From positions 599,191-662,412 of the forward strand of contig JAMPFA010000001.1 in the NCBI GenBank assembly GCA_023664725.1: a DNA stretch of 63,222 bases, in the 5' to 3' direction. Origin of the DNA: Roseburia sp. (lineage in GTDB: Bacteria > Bacillota > Clostridia > Lachnospirales > Lachnospiraceae). Under the pieces are notes generated by a model, which was given only the letters and a program-made list of their open reading frames with translations, searched no databases and was not told the origin of the DNA. Below are positions 60,001-63,222 of this stretch, piece after piece; position 1 is the stretch's first letter; the number at the start of each line of letters is the position of its first letter. The position numbers and the translations under genes were made by a program.

Positions 60001-60880
60001 GATCCTTAAGCTTGCCCTCTTTTTTCAGACGCTTCATGGCCATAAGTGCAATGTCCATCAGGCAGACAAATTTATCGTCCCGTCCCGCATAAATATTTTT
60101 ATATGTTGCAAGGTAATCCTCATATGTGTCCTTGATCGGCTTTTTGTAATCTCCCTCGCCAAAAACCACCTCTGTGAGCTCCGTGGAAAATGTGGTGTGG
60201 CGGCAATGGTCTGACCAGTAGGTGTCCAGCACCCGAATTTCCGTCATGGAGGGGTCTCTCTTTTCCTCATTTTTGAAATATTTCTGGATATGGAGAAAAT
60301 CCTTAAATGTCATGGCAAGATTCAAAGAATCGTAAAGCTTTTTTAACTCCTCCTGGGGCATCTCGTTAAAGCCTGTAAATATCTTTACATCCTCCGGCTC
60401 CCTAAATTCTGTGATCAAAGTTTCCGGTTTCTGCAAGTCTGTCTCCCTGGAATCCACAGGATTGATACAGTGTTCTTTGATAGCCGAAAGCTGATCGCTG
60501 CTGATATCTCCGGTGACGACATAGGTAGTTGCCGTTCGGATGATGGGCTCCTCTTTTTCGTTTAACAGCTTTACGCACTGTTCCGCAGAGTCCGCCCTCT
60601 GGTCAAACTGCCCCGGCAAAAACTCCACGCTGAAAGTCTGTCCGCCCTTTAAATCAAAAGTCTCCTCGTAGACATCATCCACAGGGGGCTCAGAAAACAC
60701 GGTGCGCACAGCCTTTCCGTAGGTATCGTCGGAAATGTTTTCAATATCATAGCGGATCAAAACCCGGACATTCTCTAATGTCTTAATGCCGAGATAACTT
60801 TTTATCTCGGATTTCAGTTCCTTTGCCTGCACTGCAAAATCCGGCTTCTTTTCCACATAAATTCTTCTTACATTGCTCAT
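57077..60880 (-). CDS. purL: Phosphoribosylformylglycinamidine synthase, single-chain large form.
   Basis: 1267 aa; N-terminal PurS-like, AIRS/PurM-like repeats, C-terminal class-I glutamine amidotransferase (GICNGFQAL, H/E). Confidence 0.95.
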   Translation of the reverse strand: MSNVRRIYVEKKPDFAVQAKELKSEIKSYLGIKTLENVRVLIRYDIENISDDTYGKAVRTVFSEPPVDDVYEETFDLKGGQTFSVEFLPGQFDQRADSAEQCVKLLNEKEEPIIRTATTYVVTGDISSDQLSAIKEHCINPVDSRETDLQKPETLITEFREPEDVKIFTGFNEMPQEELKKLYDSLNLAMTFKDFLHIQKYFKNEEKRDPSMTEIRVLDTYWSDHCRHTTFSTELTEVVFGEGDYKKPIKDTYEDYLATYKNIYAGRDDKFVCLMDIALMAMKRLKKEGKLKDQEESDEINACSIVVPVEVDGKVEEWLVNFKNETHNHPTEIEPFGGAATCLGGAIRDPLSGRTYVYQAMRVTGAADPTVSVKETMEGKLPQKKLVRGAAHGYSSYGNQIGLATGYVKEVYHPNYVAKRMEIGAVMGAAPRRAVQRLTSDPGDIIILLGGRTGRDGCGGATGSSKAHNTASIDTCGAEVQKGNPPTERKIQRLFRREEVSHMIKKCNDFGAGGVSVAIGELADGLRVDLDKVPKKYAGLDGTEIAISESQERMAVVVAPEDAQQFLAYAREENLEAVKVAVVTEEPRLVLSWRGKEIVNISRAFLDTNGAHQETKAAVDIPSKEDSYLNKISTPKVKEALEKNDMKAAWLAELSDLNVCSQKGLVEMFDASIGAGSVYMPYGGRYQLTETQSMVAKLPVAGGKTDTVTMMSYGFDPYLSSWSPYHGAVYAVLESVSRIVAAGGDFHKIRFTFQEYFRRMSQEPSRWSQPLAALLGAYSAQIGFGLPSIGGKDSMSGSFNEIDVPPTLVSFAVDVAKEGDIITPELKQPGNELVLFSVPRDEYDLPEYETVMKIYDIIHTLTESRAVISAYALDGKGLAAALGKMAFGNKLGVTLSDQVTKEILFAPGFGNMIAEAAPGKMGEITQAFEAAGLSDFVMPVGKVNNETAFICGEMKLSMEEALSAWTGTLEKVFPTRATLDRSEVKAEVFKTESVYVCKHKVARPTVFIPVFPGTNCEYDSAKAFEAAGADVITKVFKNISEEDIRDSVEVFEKAIAKSQIIMFPGGFSAGDEPEGSAKFFATAFRNERLTEAVNKLLNERDGLMLGICNGFQALIKLGLVPYGQIREQSPDSPTLTYNTVGRHISKMVYTKVVTNKSPWLLGAETGSVYCNPASHGEGRFVAPMEWIDKLFANGQVATQYVNEKGRPTMDEEWNVNGSYAAIEGITSPDGRILGKMAHAERIGQSVAVNIYGEQDMKLFESGVKYFM

Positions 60881-60969
60881 GTTCTTTCCTCCATCTGTAT
60901 TTTGCTTCTCGTCCTATCATATCACACCACTGGTTATATCTGCAATGAGACATTGGGAAAAAATAGCCA

Positions 60970-61518
60970 TTACAGCTCTTTCATCATCAAATATTCGTCT
61001 GCATAGCTCCCGTCCAGATACTTCATGCTGTGCTTTTGAGTTCCATATCTTTGAAATCCCAGCTTTTCATACAGAGCGATGGCATTTGCATTTGTGGTGA
61101 CAACTTCCAGCTCCGCCTGCTCGTACCCCATTTCTTTTGCCTTTTCAAGTACTGTGCCAAGCATGATCTTTCCAAGTCCCAGCCCCCAGTATTTCTGATA
61201 CAGGGCAATGGCAACGCTGCACCTGTGGGCATACCGTTCAAATCCTCCCATAGGCATACAGGACGCATTTCCCACGTGGTTTCCGTCAATTACTCCAATC
61301 AGCAAAAGGCTCCCCGTGGCTTCCTTTCGCCCGTTGATAAACGCTTCCTCCTCTTCCATTGTGAGGTTGATCTCCTGGGGATTTCTCATAAGATAGGGCG
61401 TCTCTGCTGCAGTGGTCTTTAAGCATTTTATGAGATCCTCTGCATCTTCCGGCTCTGCATTTCTTATAATAACTGACTTTCCGTTTTTTAGTTCCTGGGG
61501 TTTTGGCCTGATTATCAT
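60970..61518 (-). CDS. GNAT-family N-acetyltransferase.
   Basis: 182 aa; acetyl-CoA-binding motif A (…QKYWGLGLGKIML…). Confidence 0.8.
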   Translation of the reverse strand: MIIRPKPQELKNGKSVIIRNAEPEDAEDLIKCLKTTAAETPYLMRNPQEINLTMEEEEAFINGRKEATGSLLLIGVIDGNHVGNASCMPMGGFERYAHRCSVAIALYQKYWGLGLGKIMLGTVLEKAKEMGYEQAELEVVTTNANAIALYEKLGFQRYGTQKHSMKYLDGSYADEYLMMKEL

Positions 61519-61705
61519 AGTTGCTTCCTTTCGTGAAAAAATGTTTAATGCTTTGTAAGGATTATAGCACGGTATCGTTTTTTTACAAGCTATTTTTTTG
61601 TTATGGCAGCATGAATTTGCACTACTCAGAATTCAAAAATATATTGAATTAAGGAAATACCCATGCTATAGTATTCTTATATTAGACTGTTTAGAAAAGA
61701 GGATG

Positions 61706-62131
61706 ATGCCGATGTGGAAGAAAAAAGTAATATCGGCCATTGCGTTTGTGGCGATTGCAATGGTATCAGGCGGTTTAGTTTCAATTTATGGAATGAATAA
61801 AAGCTCAGAGAACGTTAAGGACGTGGCTCAGGTAGAAATCGTGGACACGGTACAAACCAAGAATGATCGGACTGCTCAGGCAGAGATTAAGAACAGGGTT
61901 CAGGCAGATAAAGTGACGTTTTCCTGTGGGGTATCCGGTTGTACATTGACGGAAACACACCAGCACGGCTTATGTGGAATCGACGGATGTACACAGATTG
62001 GAGAGCACTGTCATGGAGAAAACAGTAGCGGATATCATCAGTCTGGTCATCATGGAAGCGGATATCATCAGTCTGGTCATCATGGAAGCGGACATCATCA
62101 GTCTGGTCATCATGGAAGCGGACATCATTAA
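61706..62131 (+). CDS. Small membrane-anchored Cys/His-rich protein with a C-terminal tandem decapeptide repeat (SGYHQSGHHG)x3.5; putative metal-binding protein.
   Basis: N-terminal TM (MWKKKVISAIAFVAIAMVSGG), then a Cys cluster (FSCGVSGC...HQHGLCGIDGC...GEHCHGE) and His-rich 30-nt tandem repeats. RBS aaagagga upstream; strong terminator downstream. Confidence 0.6.
   Translation: MPMWKKKVISAIAFVAIAMVSGGLVSIYGMNKSSENVKDVAQVEIVDTVQTKNDRTAQAEIKNRVQADKVTFSCGVSGCTLTETHQHGLCGIDGCTQIGEHCHGENSSGYHQSGHHGSGYHQSGHHGSGHHQSGHHGSGHH
62027..62128 (+). repeat. Three and a half tandem in-frame 30-nt repeats (agcggatatcatcagtctggtcatcatgga) encoding SGYHQSGHHG.
   Basis: Read directly in the sequence. Confidence 0.85.
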
Positions 62132-62143
62132 GAGCGAGTCAGT

Positions 62144-62176
62144 GCGTATAGGAACAACCTATACGCTCTTTTTTAT
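62144..62176 (+). terminator. Rho-independent terminator (gcgtatagg-aacaa-cctatacgc followed by TCTTTTTT).
   Basis: 9-bp perfect stem plus a T6 tract immediately after the stop of the His-rich gene. Confidence 0.7.
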
Positions 62177-62329
62177 AATGGAATAAAAAACGAATTCTAT
62201 ATTTTACAGCACAGGCCAAAATGCCGTAAAATATAGGATTCGCTATTTGTGGGGTGTTCCTTTTACTAATAAATCTGGTATACTTTCTTTGTTCAAAAAC
62301 ATACTGCAAGCAAAGAAGGAGAAAAAATT

Positions 62330-63040
62330 ATGGATGTTAAAAAAATTGGAAAATATATTGCAATAAAACGAAAAGAAAAAGGACTTACTCAAGAACAGCT
62401 GAGTGAAAAGCTGGGGGTAACCAATAAAACCGTCTCACGCTGGGAAAATGGAAATTATATGCCGGATTTATCTCTTTTAGAACCTCTGAGCCGTGAATTA
62501 TCTATTACTTTAAATGAACTGCTTGCAGGAGAAAATATAGAAAAAGAGGATATCTGCGAACATTGTGAAAAAAATCTGGCTGACACAGTAGAATATACTG
62601 CTAAAAAACTGAACACGGAACAAAAGAAACATTCTTTCCTATTTTTAGGAACAGGCGTTATTTTAATCATATGCGCTTTCCTGTTTTTCCCGCCGGAAAG
62701 CAGTTGGCCTTCAATCTATTCCATCCTTGGTGCAATTTTATTTTCCATTGGACTATTTCGGGCGCTAAAACTAAAAATGCTCTCCAAAAGGCTGGCAGTA
62801 TCTATCTGTATTTTTGCCTGTATATTGGCTGTTTTTCATGTTATTGACTACATAGGCGTCATTTTTTACCAAAAGCCGCCTGTTTACAGATACATAACGG
62901 AAACAAATGACAGTGCGATTGTTTACCACTCTTTGTTTTATAATGTGTACCGGCTCAATAAAGATACCCCGGAAGAATATTATGTTGTAGATAGCGAGAA
63001 AAAATATACATTAGAAACCATCTCTGAACTCCAGAACTGA
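62330..63040 (+). CDS. XRE-family HTH transcriptional regulator with a C-terminal membrane domain.
   Basis: N-terminal Cro/C1-type HTH (IKRKEKGLTQEQLSEKLGVTNKTVSRWENG), followed by TM helices. Confidence 0.8.
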   Translation: MDVKKIGKYIAIKRKEKGLTQEQLSEKLGVTNKTVSRWENGNYMPDLSLLEPLSRELSITLNELLAGENIEKEDICEHCEKNLADTVEYTAKKLNTEQKKHSFLFLGTGVILIICAFLFFPPESSWPSIYSILGAILFSIGLFRALKLKMLSKRLAVSICIFACILAVFHVIDYIGVIFYQKPPVYRYITETNDSAIVYHSLFYNVYRLNKDTPEEYYVVDSEKKYTLETISELQN

Positions 63041-63154
63041 CAAAGCTTTTCACAAATGGGGGACTGTACCAAACGCAGGACCCCATCCGAGACCGTTTCA
63101 AGTTTTGTGTAAACTCAAAAAACTTATATAAGATTTCGTAAATAAGTTATAAAT

Positions 63155-63195
63155 GGGCAGAGCCGGATTTTCTGGTTCTGCCCTTGTCTGTATTA
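63155..63195 (+). terminator. Probable terminator hairpin (gggcagagcc / ggttctgccc) downstream of the XRE gene.
   Basis: 10-bp stem with one mismatch, followed by ttgtctgtatt. Confidence 0.35.
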
Positions 63196-63222
63196 TACAG
63201 GGATTTGCCGCCTTGTCAATCG

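Overview
This 63 kb window is a low-to-moderate GC Firmicutes chromosome segment, apparently Clostridia/Lachnospiraceae-like. Most genes are on the minus strand. Housekeeping content includes a hexuronate catabolic cluster (uxaC, a LacI-family regulator, uxaA, uxaB), with a KDPG aldolase (eda) 6 kb away. It also includes the trans-translation locus ssrA(tmRNA)-smpB-rnr, secG, eno, the glycolytic operon gap-pgk-tpiA, a dhaLMK dihydroxyacetone kinase operon, a flotillin, rtcB, purL, two-component and ABC-transporter modules, and PadR, IclR, GntR and XRE regulators. Non-routine content is: (i) a low-GC ~4.6 kb island with two tandem DUF262 (ParB/GmrS-like) genes, one carrying a DUF1524 HNH-like nuclease, a candidate modification-dependent restriction or defence system. 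(ii) An operon pairing a LigB/Memo-like-AMMECR1 fusion protein with a 2-hydroxyacyl-CoA-dehydratase-like protein and a dehydratase-beta/activase fusion. (iii) Four translationally coupled paralogous giant polytopic membrane proteins (DUF2142/YfhO-like, GT-C-like). (iv) An ABC ATPase broken by a -1 frameshift in a T7 homopolymer. (v) Two small proteins built from tandem in-frame DNA repeats, one a heptad coiled-coil and one Cys/His-rich. Paired operator-like palindromes lie at the LacI and PadR promoters. All calls rest on reading the translated ORFs and DNA directly; no database searches were possible.
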